Shown one piece after another: positions 46,957 through 55,442 of a stretch of DNA of 64,000 nucleotides. A program made the position numbers and the translations under genes. Numbering within the stretch: the stretch's first letter is position 1; each line of letters begins with the position of its first letter. The notes below the pieces were generated by a model that searched no databases, was not told the origin of the DNA, and worked only from the letters and a program-made list of their open reading frames with translations. The DNA comes from Candidatus Poribacteria bacterium (GTDB lineage Bacteria > Poribacteria > WGA-4E > WGA-3G), in contig JAJDWI010000013.1 of the NCBI GenBank assembly GCA_022825665.1, positions 668 to 64,667 of the forward strand, given 5' to 3'.

Positions 46957-47041
46957 GTAAATTACCGAATTTATTTCTTAATCTTCATGAAACCGCACCT
47001 ACCAAGGAGTGTGAACATATTTTTGGATTTCACTATAAGTG

Positions 47042-47956
47042 TTAATTACCAGTAGATTTTAAATATTCTGCTATTTGACGTTCAAGTCTTTTTGCTTCAT
47101 TTCTATCTGGTTGTTGAGGTCTAATCTGAATGTCATTTTCTATATCAAGCGGTTTGAAGAGGAAAACACTTTCAACTCTGTCATTCTCAGCAAAAGTAAA
47201 TTGAATGCCACGTTTCCAAAACCAATGTATAACTCTATCTCCATTGTTGTCAATTTCTTCTGCCCTACCAAATTCATTTTCAAGTTTCTCAAAATTTGTC
47301 CCTATTCCATTCCCACCAGCAGTTTTGGCTTTATTTGGACGTGTTAAATATATCATTTCAACAAGATGAATACCATCAACAAAACCGGCTAATCCAAGAT
47401 CAGGATTCCAAAATGTAAATATTCCATTCCTTTTAGGTGGTTCATCTGGTTCTCCATGTATTTCCTCTACCTTTTTAAAAGGATCTCCTAACTTAACACC
47501 GAATGCTCCTTTTCCCGGTACAATAAGGTTTAGAGGCGGGTCGGGTGTGTTATCAACAATAACTTCTGGTGGGTCTGGTACAATGAACTCCTTGTTAGTT
47601 ATTCTCTTCACACGTTTTGTGGATTTTCCGATTCCATCACTCACATAGACAGTGACTCTGACGGATTCGATTTCATCTTCCGGTGCTGTCCATTTTACAT
47701 TTGTTCCAGTAGTCGTGTTTAGTTTACCTGCATCTACTTCCCATGTATAACTCAACGGGTCACCGTCTTTGTCAAAAGCGACCACACTGAAATCGAGGAC
47801 ATCCCCTGGATTGAATTCAGTTGGAACAATAAAACTGTCAACTGTCGGTAAATTATTCGTTGGTTCAGCGTCTTCATCGTCCGATCCACAGCCAACAATA
47901 GACAAGGTAAGTAAGCACACCATTACAAGGTAAAAATGACAAAAATGGTTTTTCAT
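47042..47956 (-). CDS. Lipoprotein with a PKD/Ig-like domain
   Basis: 304 aa with lipobox LSIVGC. FDKDGDPLSYTWEVDAG...VKWTAP is a PKD/Ig-like pattern. Confidence 0.6.
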   Translation of the reverse strand: MKNHFCHFYLVMVCLLTLSIVGCGSDDEDAEPTNNLPTVDSFIVPTEFNPGDVLDFSVVAFDKDGDPLSYTWEVDAGKLNTTTGTNVKWTAPEDEIESVRVTVYVSDGIGKSTKRVKRITNKEFIVPDPPEVIVDNTPDPPLNLIVPGKGAFGVKLGDPFKKVEEIHGEPDEPPKRNGIFTFWNPDLGLAGFVDGIHLVEMIYLTRPNKAKTAGGNGIGTNFEKLENEFGRAEEIDNNGDRVIHWFWKRGIQFTFAENDRVESVFLFKPLDIENDIQIRPQQPDRNEAKRLERQIAEYLKSTGN

Positions 47957-47966
47957 CTGCTTCTCC

Positions 47967-48923
47967 TTAAAAATCAGTTGTATCTTCTGTTTTTAAAACT
48001 ACATAACTACGATACCGTTCTGGGTGAATATCTCCGGATTCCACTGCACTTTGAATACCGCAGTCAGTTTCTTTTACATGTGCACAATCGTTGTATTTAC
48101 ATGTTCCGAGGAATGGTTCCATTTCTGGGAAGTAGAGTTCGAGATTTTCTGTATCAACTCCCCATAATCCGACTTCTCGGATACCCGGTGTGTCTGCAAC
48201 TTCTCCATCAATATCAAGTTTAAACAATTCTACAAGTGTCGTTGTATGTCTGCCTTTTTGTGTTTTTTCACCTACCTCACCAATTCTTAATTCGAGGTTT
48301 GGTTGTATAGCATTCAAAACACTTGATTTCCCAACACCGGATGGACCAACTATTACACTGAATTTATTTTTTAATACGTTTTTTAGTTTATCAATGCTAT
48401 TAGGATCTTCAATGCTTGTAAACAAAACTTCATACCCGAGTTTCTCATAGGTTTCAAATGTGGAAGTGAGTTGTTGGCGTTGTTCTGAATCCACTAAATC
48501 CATCTTATTCAGGCAAATAACTGCAGCCATATCACCGGCTTCTGCTAAAATGAGAAATCTATCTAAAGTCCGAAAGTTAAGTGGTGGCATCTGGGTTGAG
48601 ACGACTGCTACGACTTGATGTGCATTAGCCACAATTATTTGCTCAATATCCTCATGTTTTCCTGCATATTTCCGAGAGAATTTTGTTTGGCGCGGAAGTA
48701 TATCCTCAATTACTCCTTCTTCTTGGTCAATCTGAGAGAATATAACTTGATCACCAACAGCGACAGGGTCAGCATATAACCTACGACCAGTTTCGGATTG
48801 TCGTTTCCTTTTTAAAGTGCCGCGTAAAGTGCATCGCAAAACAAGTTCACCGTATTGAACATCGTAAAATCCAGTACGTGCTCGGATGACTCTGCCTTGT
48901 TCACGAGTAAGAATAAACGTCAC
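47967..48923 (-). CDS. rsgA: Ribosome small-subunit-dependent GTPase A
   Basis: 318 aa with circularly permuted GTPase motifs (LNKMDL before GPSGVGKSS) and a C-terminal zinc knuckle, CKYNDCAHVKETDC. Confidence 0.9.
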   Translation of the reverse strand: MTFILTREQGRVIRARTGFYDVQYGELVLRCTLRGTLKRKRQSETGRRLYADPVAVGDQVIFSQIDQEEGVIEDILPRQTKFSRKYAGKHEDIEQIIVANAHQVVAVVSTQMPPLNFRTLDRFLILAEAGDMAAVICLNKMDLVDSEQRQQLTSTFETYEKLGYEVLFTSIEDPNSIDKLKNVLKNKFSVIVGPSGVGKSSVLNAIQPNLELRIGEVGEKTQKGRHTTTLVELFKLDIDGEVADTPGIREVGLWGVDTENLELYFPEMEPFLGTCKYNDCAHVKETDCGIQSAVESGDIHPERYRSYVVLKTEDTTDF

Positions 48924-48998
48924 CTCCCAATATTGTGTTTACGAAATAATATTTTTATAATAGATGCATCTATAATTGTGGCAAGTTGTTCTTTATTA

Positions 48999-49766
48999 TC
49001 AAATATAACTTTTCATTGTCACCAGAGCAGTTTCTGCGTCATGATGAAAGTTATCAAATTTACATTCACAAGAGATACGACCATCGTACCCTGCATTTTT
49101 TAATGCTGTAAAGAAATCTGTGAAATCAAAATCATCATTTCCTGGATATGAGCGTTTAACAGGCTCGGCAATATGGACATGTGTTAGCCATTCTGCGGCA
49201 TCAACAATGTTCTGCAATGGTTCATTCTCTTGCCAAATATGGTATAGATCAGCCAACACCTTGATACCTTTTCTGTTGACCCGTTTTGCCATCGCGAGTC
49301 CATCAGCAACAGTGCGTATTATGTTTCCTTCTTTTATACAAATTGGTTCAATAACGATTGTGATTTCGTGTGCTTCTGCATGGTCAGCTGCCATATCAAG
49401 AAATTCTGCTATCTGTGTTAATGCTCGCTCCTCAGAATATCCTTCTTCCAGATTTCGAGATTTGCTGCTGCCATATACAATAATTTCTCCACCAATTTCG
49501 TTTGCCCTACGACATGCCGTTTCCACATATCGCGACAAACGAGATGCATCCACTGCCTCTCCAACAACCCGTAAGTCTCCAGGAATAAATCCGGCATAAG
49601 CCTCAGGTTTAAGAGGAGCATCAGCAACGCGTTCTCTAATTTTCTGAAAATCATCTTCACTTGCTTCTGGCATGAGTGCGTTTCTCACACCTAACTCAAT
49701 GTAGTCGTATCCAATCTCCGCAAGACGATTGACATTATCTAAACTTGTACATATTCCAAACCGCAT
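48999..49766 (-). CDS. Sugar phosphate isomerase/epimerase (xylose isomerase-like TIM barrel)
   Basis: 255 aa. MRFGICTS..IGYDYIELGV.. is typical of the family. Confidence 0.8.
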   Translation of the reverse strand: MRFGICTSLDNVNRLAEIGYDYIELGVRNALMPEASEDDFQKIRERVADAPLKPEAYAGFIPGDLRVVGEAVDASRLSRYVETACRRANEIGGEIIVYGSSKSRNLEEGYSEERALTQIAEFLDMAADHAEAHEITIVIEPICIKEGNIIRTVADGLAMAKRVNRKGIKVLADLYHIWQENEPLQNIVDAAEWLTHVHIAEPVKRSYPGNDDFDFTDFFTALKNAGYDGRISCECKFDNFHHDAETALVTMKSYI

Positions 49767-49819
49767 GCCTTACTCCTTAGTAAGAGCTCACTATATTATA
49801 TAATGTAACTTCTCCAGTT

Positions 49820-50623
49820 TTATTTCCCAAAACGTCGTTTCCGATGACTATAATCTCGAATCGCGCGCAAAAAGTCAATCTTTCTAAATGAGGGCCAATA
49901 GGTATCACAAAAATAGAATTCAGAGTAAACACTCTGCCACAACAGAAAACCGGATAGACGGACTTCACCACTTGTCCTGATAATTAATTCTGGGTCAGGA
50001 AGATTTGAGGTATATAGATATGGTGCTATTTTATCAACACTTAATTCTTCAGCGATTTGATTAGCATCTTTCCCATTTTTTATTTCGGCTGTCAAGTGTC
50101 CTTTAAATGCTTCAATTATTTCTTCGCGTCCACCATAGGCAACAGCTACGTTTAGAATAAAATTGTCATAGTGTTTCGTTGCTTCTTCTGCTTGCCGAAT
50201 TGCCTCCTGAAGACTTTGTGGTAAGCGGTCAATCTGTCCCATTGCACGAACCTTTATCTGATTAGCGTGAAGTCCTTCAATAGTGACTAATTCCCGCATT
50301 TTTCTTTCAATTAAACCTAAGATTCCTTCAACTTCAGCATCTGCACGCTTGAAGTTATCAAGAGAAAAAATCCAAATAGAGAAGATTTCGACTCCCAGTT
50401 CGTCGCACCAATGGAGAACTTCTTCCAGTTTATCAGCACCTTCATAGTGTCCTTTAATTACATTGTCTAACCCACTTGCTTTGGCATAACGACGGTTTCC
50501 ATCAAGAATCACACCAATGTGACGAGGAATTTTCCACGTACCTGCCTCTGCTTCAAGTCGTTTTTGATACGCTCTATAAAACTTTTTTTCAGTTTGATGT
50601 TTAAGAAATCTAAACGGATTCAT
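49820..50623 (-). CDS. uppS: Isoprenyl transferase (undecaprenyl-diphosphate synthase family)
   Basis: 267 aa. HIGVILDGNRRYAK and the FSLDNFKR..E and RTSGEVRLSGFLLWQ motifs are those of cis-prenyltransferases. Confidence 0.9.
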   Translation of the reverse strand: MNPFRFLKHQTEKKFYRAYQKRLEAEAGTWKIPRHIGVILDGNRRYAKASGLDNVIKGHYEGADKLEEVLHWCDELGVEIFSIWIFSLDNFKRADAEVEGILGLIERKMRELVTIEGLHANQIKVRAMGQIDRLPQSLQEAIRQAEEATKHYDNFILNVAVAYGGREEIIEAFKGHLTAEIKNGKDANQIAEELSVDKIAPYLYTSNLPDPELIIRTSGEVRLSGFLLWQSVYSEFYFCDTYWPSFRKIDFLRAIRDYSHRKRRFGK

Positions 50624-50801
50624 GCGGTACTCTATTGTAGTTCAGAATAGTCAACGTCAATATACAACATCAATTGAATTATACCATAAATACTCTGTAA
50701 AGCAAAAGAGAAAGTAATGGTTCCCAGAGGCATTTCATTGTCACTGTAAGAAATTGGAATAGACCTCGTTTTGTCTTCAAATTTTCTGGGTTTGTTTCCT
50801 T

Positions 50802-51327
50802 CAAACCGTACCAGTTTTCGTTTTTTGGTACGGTTTTGGTACGGTGGTGTTATCCCAGTCCCTGCCTAAGTTTAATAAGGTTTTTATGTGGGTTTTTTCA
50901 TTTTTTTATTTGGCATTTTTGGTACGGTTTGGGTTTTGTATGATTTTCTGTTTTTTCGTGTTACCTTCCTGTATGGAAAATTGGAGATGATGGTTCTGTT
51001 TATGTGTGTAATCTGCTTTTTGCCGAATAGTTTTTCTTATATATTTTATCGGATTTTCTACCTTTAAAAGGTTACCGTACGGTAACCTTTTTTTACATAA
51101 CGGTATCTTTTGGTGTAATCGGTCTGAGTATAGTGCCTGTCTGAGTTTATCGGTGATTTTAATCGGTTTTTTCATGAGAAAAAAATTTAATTTTGGTATC
51201 TTTTGCATCATCTGGAAAAATACCAGTTTTTTGACTACCATTTGGTATATTTTTTCTAAATTCATAAGAATGTTGGAATGGTAAAATGTTAACATATTTG
51301 GGTTACCCGTAGTCAAAAATTTTATGT
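50802..51327 (-). ncRNA. Candidate transcript of about 0.5 kb from element copy B
   Basis: The promoter is at 51335..51364 (minus strand). The hairpin is ccgtacca..tggtacgg (50806..50833) + TTT. The 152-aa track ORF ends earlier than in copy A, and most differences from copy A change the amino acid. Confidence 0.4.
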
Positions 51328-51334
51328 AATACAT

Positions 51335-51364
51335 ATTATAACATAGATAAATAACCAATGTCAA
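51335..51364 (-). promoter_or_regulatory. Near-consensus extended -10 sigma70 promoter inside element copy B
   Basis: On the minus strand: TTGACA, 18 nt ending in TGt, then TATAAT. Confidence 0.6.
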
Positions 51365-51504
51365 ATAAATAATTACATTTATGCTATTAAATTCAATTTA
51401 TTAGTAGTTTAGGTTTACAGAAGGCAAGTAAGTGTGATAGAAAATAGCAATAATTATGATTATAATCTTTTGATCTGTCTGAATCACAGAAGACACAGAA
51501 AAAC

Positions 51505-53349
51505 CTAAGGTGTTTCAATGGAGTTTTCTTCAGAAACCTCAGTATATCCTTTTGGTAATGGTTTTCCTGCTACGAGAGAGGACTTTAGAGGACGTACATG
51601 TCTACAACTTCCACGGTGTGTGAATCCCGGACAGTCGCATGTTATATCTGCACCTATTACTTCTAATGTGTAAAATTTGCCTTTTTGTGAGGAACTTTCA
51701 GCATGGTAGACGGTTCGTTTCGGTCCGGTGAGAACATTTGCTAAAACACGAATTGCTTCTTCCGAATAGGGTCGGAGTTGTTTACGGGTTGCCTCTTGTA
51801 GATGGGATGCGTTCTCTTCAATGTAGGCATTTCCCGCGTTCTGAAGTACTTCTTGGATATTATCCTCTTTAAGTTCGGTTGTTTTGACAGAAAGTGCATT
51901 CATCATACGTTTGAGTTCGCTGAGAACATCTAATTTAATCGCTGCCTCACCGCCAGGTACCAATATTGAACCTTCAACGATAGAATCCATCAATGCTGCT
52001 TTCGTTTCCAATACTGTTTTGACAAACGAGTCTATTGTACCGTTAGCGATCATATAGGTGACATTGACTGTACCAGTTTGTCCTATACGATATGCGCGAT
52101 CCTCCGCCTGCCAATGATTAGCGGGTACCCAATCTAAATCATTAAAAACAACTTGTCGTGCAGCAGTAAGATTTATACCTACTCCTGCGATATGCATATT
52201 TGCCACGAAGATTCTGATACTATCATCATTTTGAAAACGATCAACTCTGTCCTGTCTGCGATGTGAAGGAACTGCACCAGATACATAAACTGCTCTTTCT
52301 TTGAAATGCTGCTGGAAACGTTGCATGGTGTTGAGAAACGATGTGAACACAATTACCTTTTCTCCCTGTTCCAAGGCATTCTCTACAAATTTAACGGTGT
52401 GGCGGCATTTAGAAAATGCAATTGCTCTTCGGACTTGGGTTATCCTACCCATACCAGTTCCTAAATCAGTTGTGTCAATTGACTCGTTGAAATCTTCACG
52501 TTCATCTATTGATAATCCAAGTGATTCAGGTAATCCAGCAATAGCATCAGGAGAATCAAATTTAGATATGAAATCTTGGACTAAATGGTTGTATCGTTGG
52601 ATTAAGAAAGGATGTAGTTCAACATCCATCCATGTTCGCACTTTAGGTGGGAGGTCTAATACTTCATCTTTTGTGCGACGTAACATTACCCCGTGTAATT
52701 GCACAGTTAATTCTTCAATATTGCTTGCACCATCTGCCACTAATCCGAAATCTCCCTGATACGCTTCACAATAACGTTTGGCAAAACTAAGGAAACTCTT
52801 TCCGAGGGGATGTTCCAAAATCTGTAGAAGTGGAAATAGGTCGCGAGGACGATTTGTCATCGGTGTGCCTGTAAGCGCATGGACAACAGGTTCCTCAGTA
52901 ATCTCTTTAACCAATTTTGATGCGTTTTTGCTTCGCTGACTTTGGTAGTTTTTTAGGTAATGTGCTTCGTCAAAAACCACACCTTTCCAGTCAAACTCAA
53001 GGAGTTGGTTAAGGTTCTTTCCAAGGATTTCATAGTTGATAATAATCCACTCTTGGAAATCTGTTTTGGGTAGAGGTGTGGGTCCAACGATAGCAATCTC
53101 AGCATTTGGAAGGACGATTTCAATTTCGCGTGCCCAGTTACGTTTGATTGATGCAGGACAGATTACGAGGTAAGGACCAACAGGTTCAGCCTCAACCATT
53201 GCGATGATGGATTGACGAGTTTTGCCCAAACCCATATCGTCTGCAAGGAGTGCACGACGACGACCCAACAAGAAAGCAACACCCTCAACTTGGTGTGAAA
53301 ATAAACTCTGTGCAATTTCTTCAGCACGTTCTATCCCTGAGTGCTGCAT
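51505..53349 (-). CDS. SNF2-family helicase with a C-terminal SWIM-type zinc finger
   Basis: 614 aa. Motifs are LADDMGLGKT (motif I), VFDEAHYLKN (DEAH box) and helicase-C motifs (QAEDRAYRIGQ). The C-terminal CDCPGFTHRGSCRH follows the SWIM pattern CxC..CxH. Confidence 0.85.
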   Translation of the reverse strand: MQHSGIERAEEIAQSLFSHQVEGVAFLLGRRRALLADDMGLGKTRQSIIAMVEAEPVGPYLVICPASIKRNWAREIEIVLPNAEIAIVGPTPLPKTDFQEWIIINYEILGKNLNQLLEFDWKGVVFDEAHYLKNYQSQRSKNASKLVKEITEEPVVHALTGTPMTNRPRDLFPLLQILEHPLGKSFLSFAKRYCEAYQGDFGLVADGASNIEELTVQLHGVMLRRTKDEVLDLPPKVRTWMDVELHPFLIQRYNHLVQDFISKFDSPDAIAGLPESLGLSIDEREDFNESIDTTDLGTGMGRITQVRRAIAFSKCRHTVKFVENALEQGEKVIVFTSFLNTMQRFQQHFKERAVYVSGAVPSHRRQDRVDRFQNDDSIRIFVANMHIAGVGINLTAARQVVFNDLDWVPANHWQAEDRAYRIGQTGTVNVTYMIANGTIDSFVKTVLETKAALMDSIVEGSILVPGGEAAIKLDVLSELKRMMNALSVKTTELKEDNIQEVLQNAGNAYIEENASHLQEATRKQLRPYSEEAIRVLANVLTGPKRTVYHAESSSQKGKFYTLEVIGADITCDCPGFTHRGSCRHVRPLKSSLVAGKPLPKGYTEVSEENSIETP

Positions 53350-53358
53350 GGAATTTCC

Positions 53359-54327
53359 TTATCTATCAACGAGCCAGAAATCACCCTTACTGACAATACT
53401 GAGCTGTTTTAACATCACTGCCCCCGGAAAATTCGGTGCCATGCCAATGCCCATAGCAAAGATTTGTCCATTTCCTTTTGCATGTTCACCTACAATTTTT
53501 AAGTCAGGAGTTGTAATACTCGTCGGTATACCGTCGCTAAATAGGACGACAATTGTCGGAGATGATTTTGCTATTTCTGTCAACGTTGTGAGCATATCGT
53601 GTTCATTAACATCTGTCCGTATCTGTGTTTTTATGTTTGCTAAATATGTTGAAGCATTTTCTACTGTCTTTTCCATCACAGAAACAAAAGTTTTGTTATA
53701 GACGACCAGTTCTGCACTAAAAGCAACGATGTTGAAACTATCGTGTGGCTCAAGGAAAGTCAGTGAATCTCGCATAAGGTCTATTATCTTTTTATATTTA
53801 TAATCAGGTAAATCTTGCAAACTGGATGATAAGTCGATGCAGTAAATTATACGTTGAGGTCCCTCTTGTGTTTCAATAAATTTCACCAAACGACTCTTAA
53901 AACGTTCTGGTGTTTTGGGTTTTTTCTTAATAGGTTGTTCAACACCTCTACGTATCGGTGCGGGTCCTTTAAATTCAATATTAGTTGGACCGGGTGCTAC
54001 ACTTTCATTCAAATTTACTTTCTCAAAAGGTCTGAACTCAGTCGGTTCAGCAGCAGAAACAACACCGTGTCGTGATGTGGGTTGGTTGCTGGTAAGTATT
54101 TTCAGATTAGGTTGATTTGTGCTGCGTGTAGTTTCTTTACGTATTTGTTGACGTTTGGGTGGAGTAATCCGTTTGGTTTTTGGTTTTTCCACTGTTGTGA
54201 AGATTGCATCCATGCTATCTGCGCGATGGCTTGGAATAACGTTAAACCAGTAGAAGAAACCGATTACACCTACTATGAGGTGTAAAACAACTGAAATGAG
54301 CATTGCTGCACTTGATCTATATTTCAT
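53359..54327 (-). CDS. Membrane-anchored von Willebrand factor A (vWA) domain protein
   Basis: 322 aa with an N-terminal TM (AAMLISVVLHLIVGVIGFFYWF) and a basic, Pro-rich linker. The MIDAS-like DxSxS is in IIYCIDLSSS, and VVLFSDGIPT is also present. Confidence 0.7.
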   Translation of the reverse strand: MKYRSSAAMLISVVLHLIVGVIGFFYWFNVIPSHRADSMDAIFTTVEKPKTKRITPPKRQQIRKETTRSTNQPNLKILTSNQPTSRHGVVSAAEPTEFRPFEKVNLNESVAPGPTNIEFKGPAPIRRGVEQPIKKKPKTPERFKSRLVKFIETQEGPQRIIYCIDLSSSLQDLPDYKYKKIIDLMRDSLTFLEPHDSFNIVAFSAELVVYNKTFVSVMEKTVENASTYLANIKTQIRTDVNEHDMLTTLTEIAKSSPTIVVLFSDGIPTSITTPDLKIVGEHAKGNGQIFAMGIGMAPNFPGAVMLKQLSIVSKGDFWLVDR

Positions 54328-54360
54328 GGTAAACCTTGCTGTTCAAACATTTAATGAATG

Positions 54361-54543
54361 TCAAAAGTCAAAATTAGATAGTGTATCATAACCGCGTTCC
54401 TTAAAAAAATCCGTAAATTCAGAGGTAGTTGAGGGAAATTCAACCTCTATCTCATCCTCAAGTTTTTGTAATATTTTGTTGCCAATTAAATTAGATGCTT
54501 CTCCTCTTAGTGCTTTTTCATACCATGCATCAAGTTCATTCAA
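54361..54543 (-). CDS. Small acidic hypothetical protein (60 aa)
   Basis: The only support is a TTG-start ORF filling the gap between the REase and vWA genes. There is no RBS. Confidence 0.25.
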   Translation of the reverse strand: MNELDAWYEKALRGEASNLIGNKILQKLEDEIEVEFPSTTSEFTDFFKERGYDTLSNFDF

Positions 54544-54555
54544 AGTTATTACGCT

Positions 54556-55419
54556 CTAAATTCTACCAGCACTCCCAAATTGTTTTAGGACAGATACAAG
54601 AACATCCTTTTCTGATTCCTTACAAACAATAATTATACGATCAGCAGAAATTGCGCTACTTATATCCTCAATTACTTTGTGTGTTAGTGAAATGTGCTTA
54701 ATTTGAATTGCCACCCCAAAATTCGCCCACATATCAAGTCCTCTGTCGGCTGCATTTGTAACACCTACTCTGAAAACTTTAGCTTCTTGATATGTTTCGG
54801 TTGTTTCTTCTGACAACCCCAAAACTTTCTCAGCGAAATCAGAAAATTCAGATAAAATTGTATAGTTGATATTATTAATTCTCACTCCGATTTCAACCTC
54901 TAAAACTTCCAACAGTGTGGAAAATAGAGCGTAAACCACGATTTCATAAATCTTGTCAATACTACGTGAAAGTCCAGAATTTCGCGTAAATTTCTTAATA
55001 AAATCGTTTAAAACAAAAGACTCTATACCTGCCTGTGAAACATAAGATAATCCCGCAGACATTTGAGATAGTCGATTCTTATTCTTAAAGGCATCATAAA
55101 TATATGCTTCTACAGCACCATTGCTGCTTCTGTTGATTCTTCCTAATTGCACTAAAACTGTTGGCGGTGTAGCGTTGGATTCAAATAGGTTGTCTTGGAA
55201 TCTAGAACTTGACGTAGAAATGTTACCAACAAACCTTTGTGAAATCTCATCTCGCCATTTTCGTGATGATGTTCGATAGGTTTCCAAATCTTCCAGATTA
55301 ATGTCACTATGTATTCTATCTCTATGAAGAATTTCAGCAATTTGTATAGGTTTATAAAAATGGACCCTTGCCTTATTAATTACAGTATCAAGTTGTTTTT
55401 TAGCAGTCGCATTATCCAT
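54556..55419 (-). CDS. Putative type II restriction endonuclease (partner of the adjacent C5-MTase)
   Basis: 287 aa, 23 nt downstream of the methyltransferase on the same strand. I cannot assign the family from sequence alone, so the call rests on context. Confidence 0.5.
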   Translation of the reverse strand: MDNATAKKQLDTVINKARVHFYKPIQIAEILHRDRIHSDINLEDLETYRTSSRKWRDEISQRFVGNISTSSSRFQDNLFESNATPPTVLVQLGRINRSSNGAVEAYIYDAFKNKNRLSQMSAGLSYVSQAGIESFVLNDFIKKFTRNSGLSRSIDKIYEIVVYALFSTLLEVLEVEIGVRINNINYTILSEFSDFAEKVLGLSEETTETYQEAKVFRVGVTNAADRGLDMWANFGVAIQIKHISLTHKVIEDISSAISADRIIIVCKESEKDVLVSVLKQFGSAGRI

Positions 55420-55442
55420 TAAGCAAATACATTGATTCTGTT

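Larger units (their letters stand above)
46816..46988. mobile_element. 173-bp TIR element inserted in the REP loop
   Basis: The ends are atgaagattaa... and ...ttaatcttcat (11 bp perfect, extending imperfectly to about 28 bp through ..ttcggtaat/attaccgaa..). It carries two class D REP copies. Confidence 0.6.
46806..47002 (-). repeat. Class A REP hairpin interrupted in its loop
   Basis: On the minus strand the halves are GTAGgtgcggtttc (46989..47002) and ctaaccgcac (46806..46815). Joined, they restore GTAGgtgcggtttcctaaccgcac, the class A consensus. Confidence 0.7.
50724..51400 (-). repeat. Large conserved noncoding element, copy B (inverted relative to copy A)
   Basis: The reverse complement aligns with about 31830..32502. 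This includes the promoter, the 26-bp palindrome (51066..51091), the repeat motifs, the terminator-like hairpin and the distal ccagaggcatt(t/c)cattgtcactg end (50724..50746). No proximal TIR copy was seen. Confidence 0.85.

Noticed and set aside
31700-51400. The 18-kb bracketed segment as a prophage, ICE or composite transposon.
   Set aside because: No integrase, transposase, tRNA target, phage structural gene or conjugation gene is present. The segment also contains core genes (rsgA, uppS). Only inversion or mobilisation by the flanking repeats remains as a hypothesis.
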